A stretch of DNA of 64,000 nt from Eledone cirrhosa (Eukaryota). Shown piece after piece: positions 12,770 to 26,813 of this stretch. The DNA is taken from the NCBI GenBank assembly GCA_964016885.1, contig OZ024742.1, positions 82,336,001-82,400,000 of the forward strand. The letters are read 5' to 3'. Under the pieces are notes generated by a model, which did not search any database, was not told where the DNA came from, and worked only from the letters and a program-made list of their open reading frames with translations. Within the stretch, counting starts at the first letter, position 1. Each line of letters begins with the position of its first letter. Both the position numbers and the translations under genes were made by a program.

Positions 12770-14208
12770 ATGGGATAACATGTTATCGTTATAGCTAATC
12801 CAGTTAGAGGTTGTTAGTACTCTGCGTCGTGGATAGTTTTAACGAACGGCTTTGTTTGACCCAACAAGATGCTTCCATAGTTATGCAGCGAGTTCGCGTG
12901 AATTCCTATGCAGATTATAATTGGAGTAATAATAGTGAAAGAATGAAAGTAACATGGTTGGCTGTACAATAAGGGCTTTATTTAAAGTACTGACAATTGT
13001 TTCGTTGATCAGGGGAGTCTAGATGTCGCTAATCGCTTGGAGCTGCGTCACTCGATCTCCAATAAAATATTTACCTCTGGTCAACTCATCAGAGTACGTA
13101 GATATAAAAATAATTCACTCGAGTCAAGACATATATAGAAGAATAGCGTATAATCAAAACAATAACATCAATAATAAAACATATATGGTAAATAGGTAGA
13201 GAAGTTACATATGTAAAAAATAAAAAGTAAAAGATAGGATAGGGTACATTAAAAAAGTAAGAAAATAAGAAAATGGAAAATATAAAGAAATAAATAAGGA
13301 TAAGTGAGAGCATATAAGTACATAGTATGTTTGTTTCATTGGTGAGTAAGTGTTCTTATAAGGATTCCTTGGTGGGTTTAGTGCTAACATGAAAAATCAG
13401 ATTCGAGATGTACATAGATACGTATAGAGGATCTGATGAAATTAGAGATTTACGGGCTAGGGGTGAAGGGACGTTTGACAAACGTTTGTTGTAAATGTTT
13501 TACTGATTGTTCTATCTTAATGGGGTTGATGCTGTTTCAGGAAGAGTGGGTGAAAGTGAGGTTCAAAGATTTATGATCCATTGATCAGTTGGCCGTTTGA
13601 CAGCTAATAGCAGTGCGATGGTGTGTATTCTATATGCTAAAATCTAGGGGATTCAGTTCTAATTTTGTGATTGCTGGTTCAAATCATGGTGGTTTGAAAT
13701 TTGTGAATCTGGTAGCTATTTTATGCCTACAGAAAATTGATCTTTCTATTTTGCTGTTAAGCAGCATCCCACCGTACCTTAAACTATGTAGTAGTTCTAA
13801 ATTGCAAAGTTCGCAGTGGGACATTCCGTTGCTGTGGGCTCTTTTTACCGATAAGTTTGACCAGCTAATCTTATATTCTAGGTTTTTGTTTTTAAGTTGC
13901 CAGATTTTATTGGTGAGCATCGTAGAGTTCTCCAGTCTACAGTTCTTCATGGAGTGTCTTTGGACGTACCATCTTTTCTTGAACTCCTCAGCAGTGGAAC
14001 CTATGTAGTGCCAAGTAGAGTTGCCTGAATCTACAGTACACAGGTATACCATATTCGAATCAAGGCATCTCTTCTGTAGTAGGCGGCAATTACAATTTGA
14101 GGTTTTTCTGTGTGCAGAAACAATCACAGTGGATAACTTGTACAAATTATCCCTTGTGATTGTTTCATGTTTTTATTTTAAACAAATGTATGTCAATCAA
14201 TTTCTAGT

Positions 14209-14210
<2 letters not shown>
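12770..14210 (-). mobile_element. 5'-truncated Hydra-like PLE (GIY-YIG + 3' pLTR)
   Basis: ORF 13684-14145: CNCR..KRCL..NMVY.C.V...YIGSTA..FKKRW...CELCNLE...LLN..IERSIFCRH. Confidence 0.88.
12987..13097 (-). ncRNA. Type I hammerhead, 82-nt stem II domain
   Basis: GTACT-CTGATGA-GTTGAcCAG..CTGaTCAAC-GAAA-CAATTGTC^AGTAC. Confidence 0.88.
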
Positions 14211-14247
<37 letters not shown>

Positions 14248-14293
14248 GTTATTTTTCAACGAAAATTGCAAACTCGACTGTCACCACATATCA

Positions 14294-14332
14294 TGAACCT
14301 GAAGATTGCGAAAGCATGAAAGTACTTGTTCA
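14294..14332 (+). ncRNA. Minimal type I hammerhead in a solo pLTR-like piece (14245-14460)
   Basis: TGAAC-CTGAAGA-tTGC GAAA GCAt-GAAA-GTACTT^GTTCA. Confidence 0.82.
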
Positions 14333-14506
14333 ATTAACACTTAGAATTTAATATTCTATCATACTATTTCATTATAATACCATTATATATATTTCAAAGG
14401 ATTGTAAATAAAACGAGTAAATCAGACAAAGTTGGAATTCCTCTTATTAATATAATCTTCTATACACAATCATACACACCCGTGTATATTTTCCTATCTA
14501 TATCTA

Positions 14507-14567
<61 letters not shown>

Positions 14568-14652
14568 TTTATATATATTTATATATATATATATACTGTA
14601 TATATATTTATATATATATATATATTTATATATATATAGACTGTATATATAG

Positions 14653-14717
<65 letters not shown>

Positions 14718-14719
14718 AT

Positions 14720-16115
14720 AAGATTATCCTAGATGCAGTAATGGTTAATTACTACACTGGATAGAGTTGATGTACGGTAAGAGGTTACTCAACGAGTTAT
14801 GGAAGAATTGTTGCAGAAACTTAGTTCCTGATCCTTCTGTATTCCGGAGTGTAGATAAAGAATGAATAATAACAGGTAGACATCATAAAAAGTTTATTTA
14901 TTCTGTGTGCTTACAAATGTTTGCACGGTGGTTATACAGCCTAGTTATGCTATGTGCAAATTTATAACTATTTGCAAAACTCAATTATCAAATGCTGTGA
15001 CCACATGTATCATCAGAGCAGAATGGTTAAAATGTACAATATAAATAGCCTTAAGTGAGGTTATTGGTGAATATAGAGTAGAATAGGAAGAGAGAAAAGA
15101 AGGGGAGAGGAAGAGAGAGAGAAAGATATGCAGGGGTTGGAGAAATGGGAGAGAGTGGTTTGTAGATATCTTAATCAAAATGTTGTGGTAGGGGTTTTAT
15201 TATACTACTTACTCTTAAAGTGACTACCTTAAGCGATGCGTTGATAGACAAGGTTGGAATTATTTATTGCCCCAGAGGGCAGGTTCATAGATCTGGAGAG
15301 GGAGGGAGGTGGGCCTAGGGCGAGAGAGAGAGAGAGTGGAATGGATAGAGAGGGAGAGATAGAGAGGGGACAGACGAAAGTTATGGGGTGGGTGAACATT
15401 GGGTTCATAGTGGTAATCTACGAATTGCACTAAGTTCCCATTTATAGTGATAAGCAGGATATTGTCTTGTAGTGTGGGGGAAGAGAAAGTGGTTAGCTAA
15501 AAAGCAATGTTATAGTTACGGGTTCGAATGTTAAGTTATTTTATAGTGAGAGAATTTAGCTTTCAGTTTGTGGTTGCAGTATAATGATCGTTCGATTCTA
15601 TCATTTAGTAATTTATTTTCGGATTTTGAGATGTAAAAGAGTTCAATTCATAACCTACAGTACTTTAATCCACTCGGATATGCACTTGCGTTGGAAAGTA
15701 TATCACATTTCAAGGTGAACTGTTGGTTGCGTTCACAGAGTTGCCGGGTCTTGCTGGCGAGCGTGGTCACAAAACGGTGATCAGGATGTTAAATTGAGAA
15801 TCGATGACGGTACCATCGAGATTTAAACGAGGTGGTGGTAGACTTGATGCAATACCATTTCTAGTCGTTCGATTCAACCGTGCATTGGTAAACGATGTTG
15901 GACTTTAGGCATTTATTCTTTAATGGACAGCTTTCAGGTAGATGACAGTTACAGTTTTTGTTGTGGGTAGCGGGTATACCATGGATAGATGGTGATAGCA
16001 GTACAGGTGGGTTGTGTAATACCTGTCTCCCATTTAGGGGTTGGGAGGCCGATATTACGTTATGCTAATCAGTGATCAAAATATTTTGTTTTGTAGTGTT
16101 GTTTAATTGCTTTAA
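14720..16115 (-). mobile_element. 5'-truncated, decayed Hydra-like PLE
   Basis: Minus-strand translation near 15545-15960: CNCHLPESCPLKNKCLKSNIVYQCTVE...FKSRWYRH...IERSLYCNHK with stops. Confidence 0.85.
14908..15020 (-). ncRNA. Decayed hammerhead with about 87-nt stem II domain
   Basis: TGCT-CTGATGA-..GTGGT..ACCAC..-(G)AAA-CATTTGTA^AGCA; G12 missing. Confidence 0.55.
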
Positions 16116-16243
16116 GTTAAGTTTTTTTTATGTATCGGTAAAAATGATACGTACATATATATATATATATGTGTGCGTGTATCTATAAATATATATATAC
16201 TATTGTACGTCTGTATACATATATGTATGTACGTATACATACT

Positions 16244-16545
<302 letters not shown>

Positions 16546-16546
16546 G

Positions 16547-16578
16547 TATATATATATATATATATATATATACAAATA

Positions 16579-16650
<72 letters not shown>

Positions 16651-16775
16651 CATAAATATATATATATATATACATATATATATACATATATATATATACA
16701 TATATATATATACATATATATATACATATATATATACATATATATATATATATACATATATATATACATATGTAT

Positions 16776-16830
<55 letters not shown>

Positions 16831-16851
16831 CATATATATATACATATGTAT

Positions 16852-16890
<39 letters not shown>

Positions 16891-16927
16891 TATATACATA
16901 TATATATATATATACATATATATATAC

Positions 16928-17010
<83 letters not shown>

Positions 17011-17025
17011 CATATATATATATAC
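16547..17025. repeat. Long (TA)n/(TACA) microsatellite; similar tracts at 826-965, 26305-26840, 32925-33095, 54297-54804
   Basis: Direct inspection. Confidence 0.97.
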
Positions 17026-17052
17026 ATTAAAGGGAATACAGAGTAACAGTAA

Positions 17053-17095
<43 letters not shown>

Positions 17096-17284
17096 GAGAT
17101 ATTATTTATGATTATGTATAAAAAACTTTTTATAGTTATGTATATTTTAAGCCCTAAACAGTGAAGGTCGGCAATTTATTACTACCTTATTACCAGAAAG
17201 ATAAATAGGTCACTGTAATAACATCAGTTGTTCTAGAGAGCAGTTATATAGAATTCCCAAGAATCAAAACTATGTTCAAAGCAT

Positions 17285-17355
17285 TTATTCACTTACAATT
17301 GTTTCATCCAAACCTAGGCTTGGAATCTTCGGATCATTTTTCAATGTTTGTACAC
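17285..17355 (-). ncRNA. Hammerhead-like motif with CCGAAGA core (3' pLTR)
   Basis: CCGAAGA-tTCCAAGC CTAG GTTTGGAt-GAAA-CAATTGTA; stem I poor. Confidence 0.6.
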
Positions 17356-20300
17356 ATAATTGACCTCCTTTCCAACGCAAGAGACATACAGATACATATA
17401 TATATATATATAATGGTGTACAGTGGAGTGACATATATTATACTATACTATTTTTGTACAGCAATTCAAATTCAAAATCAAAATCAATATCAAAATAAAA
17501 ATTAAATATAAAATTAAAATACATTCGGCAGATTACACAGATAATGCAAGAGGATAGTTTGATAGTCAGGTCTAGTAGGTAGTGTATGCGTTAGTTACAC
17601 GTGGAGCATGCAAGTGTGTCTCATTTTTATACTATTATTGTGTGGCAGGGTGTTATACGTAATGCAAGCACTTTAAGCGGGTCAGCAAATTATTATGGTG
17701 GTTGTAGTGGTAATGTATTTTTTGTATAGAACAAAAAAAACGTGTGCAGAAAAATAAAAATAAAAAGAAGAAGCAAAAGAAAGTTAGGTTTTCGTATCCA
17801 CCATCATTTTCACATTCAGAAAAATTGAGACATAGTTTCTACCTCCATCACATAAGTAACAATGATTCCGTATTGAATGTTTGATGCATTAAAATAAATG
17901 ATTTTAGCGTATTGAGGCGCAGTGTCATTTAATCCAAGTTTATAGAATAGGTTGATTCTGCTGCGAGAATTTACATTGGTTTATTACCCGGAAGTATGTA
18001 TGTAATTAAGAGGAGTTAATGCGTAAGGGGGGGTAACTAGTCAAATTTCATAACTAAATTCATTGTTCAAACATACATTATAAGGCGCCTCAATTGAGTC
18101 CCTTATATAGACGGTTATACATTTATATGTAGTTTCCAATTTTAAATACTGTCTACTCTATCATGATGTACTAAAGGTATCTATATTAAGTTGATTACTC
18201 CCTATTATATAGTGCTACAATTGAATATTCCATACAAAGTGCCATACCTTTATATAAAAATTCACTGTAAATGCAGTCTACTCTCAGAACATATCAGGGG
18301 ACTTATTAGAATTGTGTCTACATAACCCCTGGCAAGTTATGGAGCAGCGTATGGCTGTTTGCATGGCAAAACAAAATACATCTCTAGGGCAGACAAATAC
18401 ATCCCCCATTTACAATGTCATTAATCTATCCATCAAGTTATACTTGCATATATAATTCATATATAATTCATACATAATTCATTGCAGCACCCTACATATA
18501 AGTTAGATAGATCTATTATGTTAATAAATTAATCTTATATATATCCAATGTTATCACTCCATACATTTAATTACAAATGCATAAATAATTCATTGCCGTA
18601 TCTAGTATTTAAAGTTTATATAGACTGTATTGTATCATTATATAATTATAAGTAATATTTCTAGGGTATAAAGTTATAGATAAATGGAATGATTTGTGTT
18701 GAGATAGGATGGGTCAGAGAGTGTGGAGTTGTGGTGTAAGGTGTGCCCTTGAGGTATGGAGTTAGAAGTGGTGATGGGTTCAAGTCCGACATTGTTATAT
18801 ATTGGGTTTAAAGTTTTGGAAGGAGTGCCGAAAGCGGTGCTGGCACGACGCAAACACTTCCGATTTTTTATTAAGGAGGTTTTGGTTTGAGAAGATTGTA
18901 GTATGGAGGCAGAGTTTGCGGAATTTATTAGGCAGCTTGTACGATGCCGCCTTACCTATCACTTACCATTGAAGTGTATAAGATCTATTTCTAGTTAATA
19001 GATAGTGTATGTAGTTAGATAGTGAAGTGGAGTTGGCTAGACTGTGTTTTTTGAAAGAATGGAGGTGTGAATTGTATCTGGTTTTGAAGCAGTTCGAAGT
19101 AGAGCCTATATAGGTTTCAGAAGAGTTGTTAGTTGTTACGGTGCATGAGTATATGATGTCCTTGATTAAGCAGTTTTTATCTAAAGGGCAGGTTCTATTA
19201 GATCTACAGTTACAATTATTTTGGATGTTAACCTGCCGGTTATTTTGTTGTGTAGAAATCTGGTTGCTAGGTATTGCATTATGGCTATGGGTGTAGTCGT
19301 TCCTAGCGTTATTGCTTTCACTAGTGCTATTACTATTATTACTATTGATATAGGGTTTGCAGGAATTACGTTGTTTTGAAAGTTTAGCCCCTGCTGTGTT
19401 TTAGTTTGTTGAAAGTAAGTATTAATTTATTTTTATTGCTACTAGCTATGTGATATGCTATGTTAGGCGTGGTAGAGTAGGAGATTTTAATGGTGTTTTT
19501 ATTTATAAGACTATGGCAATTGTGGCCAGATGGGAAGTTTTTATCCAGGATTGAGAAGAAAGCCTTAGGTAGGTTGGTATAGACGTTTAGATTGAAAGAG
19601 GAGTTGAAAAATGTATTAGTTCTTCTTCTATTTTTGTTTTGTTTATCTGTTGATGTGTTTCCGTTCATAATATTTTGTTGTCCTCCCTAGTGTGGGTTAC
19701 GTTTGTTGTCACCCTTTGTACTAGTGTGTGTGTGGTTATTATTCTTATTACTATTTTTCCTCATGGACATATTGTGCGAAATAATGTTGTAACTATGTGT
19801 TTTTATAGGTAGGAACTCGATCTCATTATTATGGTCTGATCTAGCTAATGCCTGATTATAGTATTGTGAGTTTTTGCTAAATACGGTTACGTCATAAGAT
19901 AGATTAAAAATTGGATGGATATTCATTTAGAGATAGAGCTTAATATTGATCTAGGTTGGTTAGACTTGGTATCTACGTGAATCAGTTTTTCGTTAGGTTT
20001 ATGGAATGGTGAATATATCTTAGAGTCTAGGTAAAGGGTGGCATCTAGGAAGTTAACGTTTTTAGTGTTTTGTCTATGGTTATACTTAGGTTATTGTTTT
20101 TGAAAGTGTTGTGCAATCGTTTTCTAGTTCTTTCTATATTAAATGTTTTTATAGTCTATAAGGAGAAGTGCATCATCGCGATACAAACCACCGTTGAGGT
20201 ATGGAAGTTCCTTATGGATTTCGTTTAGTAAGTATAGGCCCACCAAATCAGTGACCTGCGCAGAGTCCCTAGATCCCATGGTTATGTCGAAGTTGCTATG

Positions 20301-21476
20301 CGTATCCTTGCAGGTCCATAACTGGTCCTCAAAAGTGATTACGGTTTCACGGGCCGCAAGTATGACATCAATCTGGGGTCTGGTCTGGTCACTATTGTTC
20401 ATGGCCATAATTAGTGACTTATTTAATAGGATAGGGGAAATAGAGGTGTCGTATGAATTGATATCAAATTGAATAAATTTGTTATTTTTGTTTTCCTTGA
20501 TATCTTTAAACCATTCAATAACTTCACCCGTATTTCGCCATTGTTTAAGATATATTTTGTGTTTAATCTGTGGGATGATTTTATCTAAAATGTTCTTACT
20601 GCTAATGCCAATGTCAGACTTGAAAGGGCAGATTAGTCTAATCGAGGGGTTACAATTGAAATCCTGCTTATGGTCCTTCAGAGAGAATAGAAGTGTTTTG
20701 GGTGTATGGTTGTGTATATCTCTGAAGTCCTAATTTGGACACTATATTACGGCCTTCTATATTAATATCTTCTAGGTTTTTCATAGTAGTTTTCTTGTAG
20801 CTCTTATGTAGTTCCCCATATATAAACTTTCTATATGTATCATAATCTAGGCTGTATATGTTATTAGTTTTGTCCGCATCCACAATAATTTTACTACTTG
20901 TTTTGAATCCCTTAATAGAGGAGCTGAGTTTGTTTAAGGTGTTGTTTACGATGCTTTTTGTATTTAATGTTCTTAACTAGTTTTATTAGGTCATTTTCAA
21001 AGGAGTTTAGTAGTGTGTTGTGAGGGGGGCTTCTAAAAGTGTTAAAGCCGAAGGAGTCGAATTTGTTAGTATTATCAATTTATTTAGATTTGGTTTTATC
21101 ATAATGGAATGTCCTCCATCTCACTCTATTGATAAAGGAGTTGACATTATTGATCAATAATTTCTCGTATGTATCCTGGGATGGTATTGGTATGTTCTTA
21201 CTTGACATAGGAAGTTGGTCTTTGATCAGCTTACTGGTAATTTAGTGTATGTTAGCTCAACAGTATGGAGCAGTTATATAATATTAGGGATACTATTTAT
21301 GGTAATGGATATATTAAAACTTGTTATAGTTATGTATATTTTAAACCCTAAAGAGTGAAGGTCGGTAATCTATTACTAGCTTATTACCAGTAAGATAAAT
21401 AGCTCAATGTAATAACATCAGTTGTTCTACAGAGCAGTTATATAGAATTCACAAGAATCAAAGCTATGTTCAAAGC

Positions 21477-21549
21477 ATTTGTACTTACAATTGTTTCATC
21501 CAAACCTAGGCTTGGATTCTTCGGACCATTTTTCAATGTTTGTACAAAT
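21477..21549 (-). ncRNA. Hammerhead-like motif with CCGAAGA core (5' pLTR)
   Basis: CCGAAGA-ATCCAAGC CTAG GTTTGGAT-GAAA-CAATTGTA; distal helix ATTTGTAC/GTACAAAT. Confidence 0.65.
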
Positions 21550-21744
21550 AATTGACCTCCTTTCCAACGCAAGAGACATACAGATACATATATATATATA
21601 TTGATGTACAGTGTAGTAGCGTATATTATACTATACTATTTTTGTACAGCAATTCAAGTTCAAAATCAAAATCAATATCAAAATTAAAGTTAAAATAAAA
21701 ATTAAAATACATTTGGCATATAACACAGATAATGGATAACTATC

Positions 21745-21886
21745 TACAAACTAAGAATAGATCTTATACACTTCAATGGGAAGTGATAGGTAAGGCGGCA
21801 TCGTACAGATCACCTAACAACCTCTGTCTACTAGAGACCCATACTATAATCTTCTCAAACCATAATCTCCTTAATAACAAATCGGT
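21745..21886 (+). mobile_element. Inverted GIY-YIG C-terminal fragment of the adjacent PLE family
   Basis: Reverse-complement similarity to about 18860-19010; NRSYTLQWEVIGKAASY..LCLLE. Confidence 0.75.
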
Positions 21887-21902
21887 CTCCTAGTTACAAT
21901 TT

Positions 21903-22172
21903 TGGTCTACGACTTCTGCTATACCATTTATGTGGTTTTGTCTTTGCGTGCTATTGTTCTCCACGCTCCACATATGACGTATTATCTTCGTTTTTTTCGT
22001 TCATTGCCAGAGAACGTCTCTATGCACCACCTAAGAGAACATTAGTCTACGACCACTTTTATACCATAAACGTGGTTCTGTCTTTGCGCGTAATTGTTTT
22101 TCACCGCTCCTATTAATGACGTATTATATTCGTTTTTCCCCCGTTATTTGACAGCGAACGTTTCCACGAACC
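21903..22172. repeat. Diverged tandem duplication, about 140-bp unit
   Basis: gtctacgac..tataccat..gtggtt.tgtctttgcg..atgacgtattat.ttcgttttt occurs at 21905 and 22045. Confidence 0.75.
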
Positions 22173-22251
22173 AAAGTATCGTCTTCCTCTCTTCCTCCGG
22201 TTGAAACTTTTTTTGAAATATCCAGTTCTGCGTTTACAGATTGACTTTGTT

Positions 22252-22302
22252 AGTTTCAGAAGATCCCGTTATGGGTGAAAGCAGCGATTCTTTGCTAAAA
22301 CT
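22252..22302 (+). ncRNA. Hammerhead with full-length stem III, core U4->A
   Basis: AGTTT-CAGAAGA-tCCC GTTAT GGGt-GAAA-GCAG cgattct TTGCTA^AAACT. Confidence 0.65.
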
Positions 22303-22407
22303 TTAATCTGTTATTTTAATAAATATTTGCTCTACGGTTCTTATATATTTGATATATATTTATCCTTATCGAGCCCTCTTTGGATTTTAGACTTCTAATT
22401 TATTATT

Positions 22408-22447
<40 letters not shown>

Positions 22448-22489
22448 TGTATATATATATTTATATATATATATATATACACGTGTGTG

Positions 22490-24500
22490 TGTAAGACCTA
22501 TTGCTGAGATTGTTTTCACTTTCAATGTGTTATCGTGTTATCCTTTTCTGGAGAGTTTTACCAGCAGTTCTCTGGGGTAGTGGTGGGAAGGAGAATGGGC
22601 TCGAATTTTACCAACTTGTTCGTTGTCTACGTCCAGGCGTAGATCTTCTCCCAATTAACTGGTGCAACACCAGGCTAATATTTCTTCTCACCTACCACCT
22701 GTCTACCGTAAAACTACACCATCGCATCCTTCATTGCTTCATAACATCCGTTTGTGACACCTTCCCTTTTCGCTTCTTTCCCAACCCAAATTTACTGCCT
22801 TTTAGCGAGCCCTTAATCTCCGTGAACCTCTTGTGCACTAGTCATCCCCCCTCTCCCATTGGACTCCTGCTAGCCATCCCTATTACCCCGCCACCAATGT
22901 AACACATTTCTCTATATAACAAACCTCACCACTCTCACAGGTACAACCCCTCTTGTCGTATTCGCCACTACTTGACTTGTATCGGCACCAACGTTGTCTA
23001 CGTCCTACGGTGTTCCGTTTGCGTAGCCAATTTCCATCGGAGAGACAGGCCGCCCTCTGGCAGACCGATTCACCAAACATACCCTTACGTCGGACAGTTC
23101 ACTGGTGCACGCATAATTCACAAATACACATTATCACAAGAGGCAGTCTATCACGATCAAGCGCCCATCCTTCTAAAATACGAACAAGAATACACGCGCA
23201 ATAATATACAGGGAGGGATAGACATTGTATTTCCGAATGTTTGGGAGTTTTGTATACCACGTGCTCAATAATAGATAGACATTCGGAACACAACATTTCG
23301 TGCGAACATTAGAAAACAGCCCGATATAAAGACATCAAACAGTTCATCTAACCACACCTCTATTTTACAAATTTTTAAACAGTTCTTTTCTTCAGCTGGT
23401 TCTGATTTCTCACCACCAGACGTCACCTCTAATTATAGGACTCCACCTTTCCCCCATCAATATTATTAGTTTATTAATGAACATGTATTTATAATTATAC
23501 ATGCTTCTCTTATTGTAATTGTATATTGTATTATTCATTATTTTATTGTCTTAATAATTTATAGCTTAAGTTACTAAGAATATACCATTCCACCCATCCA
23601 TGTGTCGCCTGTCAATCTGTTTAAATTGAATGCAACCAATCATAATATTGTTCAGTTTGTTTTCTTTGTATAATTTATTCTACTGATTTATTATTTATTT
23701 TTATTTTTATTAATCTAATAATTTATATATTAATATAATTCACATTGAGCCTTCCGACCATCCATTAGTCTTTCTGTTAGCTTGTCTGTCTATCTGTCGA
23801 TCAATCTCGTGGCCTGCCTGTCTGTATATGCAACTAACTTATCTGTGTCATCTTATCCCTATGTCTCTCTAAACTATATCAACTATCTACAGAAAGATAT
23901 CTATATTTATCTATATGCCCATATAAATTATCTTATCTCTCTCTATATATATCTACCTACGTATCTGTCTGTTTGTCCGTCAATCAATGCACATCTATCT
24001 ATATCGCTCCAGTAATTTTGGAAAGTTAACTTCATTTAATTAATATACATTTTATGTTATTACAATAAATCCTAAATTAAGATATACAAACACATTTAGC
24101 TTCAGTTGCTTATATGCGCATGTGAGTATACACTTTGGGGTTAACAGCATGTATAGGCGTCTGACTGTAGATGTGTTGCGCCTTTAAATATATACGTATA
24201 TACGTTTGGTCTGTAAGTATGTATGTTTAGCATGCGAATTTACTGTATTAGAGTTCTGAGGCACCAACCTCGCTTTCGTTTCGATCCGTTGTACCTCACT
24301 TAAGAGGATGGTGATTGGTTGTTCGTAGTTACAAATTGTGCAGGTGCGTGTCGTTGGGATTTCGTGGGAAACACGTAATCGGTCACCAACTAGATACCGG
24401 GGGTGAGAATAAAGTACTTTCTTCTAACCTCCTGATGGATGCTCTGGAAACGCTGATGTGTCTTTGCCCTTCCTCTTTAACTTATCAATGAAATAAACTA
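22490..24500 (+). mobile_element. Old decayed Neptune-like PLE fragment (GIY-YIG and 3' region)
   Basis: TCIGTNVVYVLRCSVC followed in another frame by SIGETGRPLADRFTKH (22975-23080); boundaries approximate. Confidence 0.7.
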
Positions 24501-25664
24501 TTATCAATGACGAGACTGTGAGATGTTTACTAATGACAGCTAAATTACAGTCAATTTTTTCAATTGTCATGTTGTTTAGTTACCCTTAATTATTTACAGA
24601 TAGTCGATATAATGACAATCTTGTCTTAGATACGTCAATAAGGAAATTCTAGGCCAAGGGTTAGAGTATGAAGATCTTCCGTGCATAATGGTCCTTGAAC
24701 TGCCTTGTAAAATATGAATCTCATTTCTCGTTAATGGCAGTCTGGGGAGAATAATTACAGCAGGCAACTTTCTGCTTCAATGTGGGAGTCTATCTACTCA
24801 TGGTAGAAAAACAAGATAATTAACCTTAAGATAGTAGCTGCTGTTTAAAAAAGAAATGAACAATGCGGTAGACAATCTAGGCTTAGATGAACTATGACTG
24901 ATAATAATTAAGAAAATGTAACTGAACGTTTCTCGAGTAAAACGTTTTTGAGGGATGAGGTGTATTTTAACTTTGAATAAACCAAATATCACTCGAGATT
25001 TTGGAAGAGGTATTTTAGGGAACAAATCTTCGTAATTCATTTATGTGGATAGTAATCTTCATTTGCAAAATAGCGAAATCTAACATTTAATGTTTCAACA
25101 CTAAACTTTAGAGGATACATAGAATTTGGCATAAACAAATGTTGGTAAATTAGATTTCATATATTTCATGCAATGGTCATTTCAAGGTTACCCGAGAATT
25201 ATAAAACCAGGAAGAAGATAAATAGAATATGAAAATATTTATGTCTGTCTTTATTATGTCTAAACCGGGAGATAACTGCCGGAAATTGTAGTTTTATCAC
25301 GACGTACTGAAAGAAGCATACTAGGCGAATTGGCAATGGAATACGTGGCGAATTAGTATTGGAATAATCATTATAAGAATCTGTAATTGAGTACATCGGG
25401 CGGAATAGGAAACTATAATTCTTGGAAACAGACAGTCATAGATTCCAAAATATAATAAAATAATCTGTGCGTCGATATAACTTTGAAAATGATCTAAATT
25501 ATTATGTTAATTTTAATCTAGACGCTAAGAAAATTGGGTAATAAACTATCTGCGTCAAGGATATTTAATATTTCACAAGTCGAGCATTTCTATTTTCTAA
25601 AACAATTTAGTGAATTTAAAAAATAGTAATTAATAACAATAAAAAGGTATCGTTTATGAGAATA

Positions 25665-25990
25665 ATAATGATTTCGAATTTAGGCACAAGACTAGCCAAT
25701 TGTACATTACAGCAAAGTTGACGGTGGTGGAATTGGAAGTATCATCATAAATAAGTATAGTTGAATTACACAAGCAATCTGTCCAACGCTCGAAATATTG
25801 TACCACTCTACCGCCCTCTATCGGAACATTAACTATTTCTAGCTAAGAAACAAGGCCAACACTATAGGTCGTGGTGGTGGTGGTGGGGGGGGGGGGGTAT
25901 ATATCATATAGACTTCAATACTTGAGTGGTACTCTAATTTATCGACCTCAGAAGAATGAAAGTAAAATTTGACTTCCACAAAATTAAAAA
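25665..25990 (-). mobile_element. Two decayed SINE remnants
   Basis: taggcacaag tail motif and ggtactctaatttatcgacctcagaagaatgaaag core on the minus strand. Confidence 0.5.
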
Positions 25991-26187
25991 AATGTACCTG
26001 AATGCTAGAAAGAATTCCGTCCGATGTTTTAAAAATCATCTCCATCCTCTATGGGAATAGAAATGTTGACAATTAATAGATACGAAGACAAAATAATTAC
26101 AATGTAAACTATAGAAAAGTAAATGACTGAAAAGAAACTAGAGCGATAATTATAACGAGACAGAAAAGAGAAATAACACAGAAAACG

Positions 26188-26226
<39 letters not shown>

Positions 26227-26320
26227 AATTAATAAAAGTAATGAATAAAAACAAAGAAACAGTTTCTTATATTAAAAAATTCTTATATTGAAACATTTAA
26301 AAACTTATATATATATATAC

Positions 26321-26359
<39 letters not shown>

Positions 26360-26365
26360 TTGTAT

Positions 26366-26540
<175 letters not shown>

Positions 26541-26662
26541 CATATATATATATATATGTATATATATATATGTATATATATATGTATATATATGTATATA
26601 TATATATGTATATATATATGTATATATATGTATATATATATATATGTATATATATATGTATA

Positions 26663-26813
<151 letters not shown>

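Larger units (their letters stand above)
17085..21735 (-). mobile_element. Full-length decayed Hydra-like PLE with direct pseudo-LTRs (17085-17545, 21275-21735)
   Basis: MSSKNIPIPS..RVRW N-terminus near 21208, DADKTNNIY, FDITMGSRDSAQVTDLVGLY, GGLYRDD, CNCRSNRTCPL..C, YIGSTS; about 460-bp direct repeats. Confidence 0.92.

Noticed and set aside
18800-21210. Naiad-type selenoprotein PLE
   Set aside because: Endonuclease is C-terminal and disruptions are mixed stops and frameshifts, not consistent in-frame TGA
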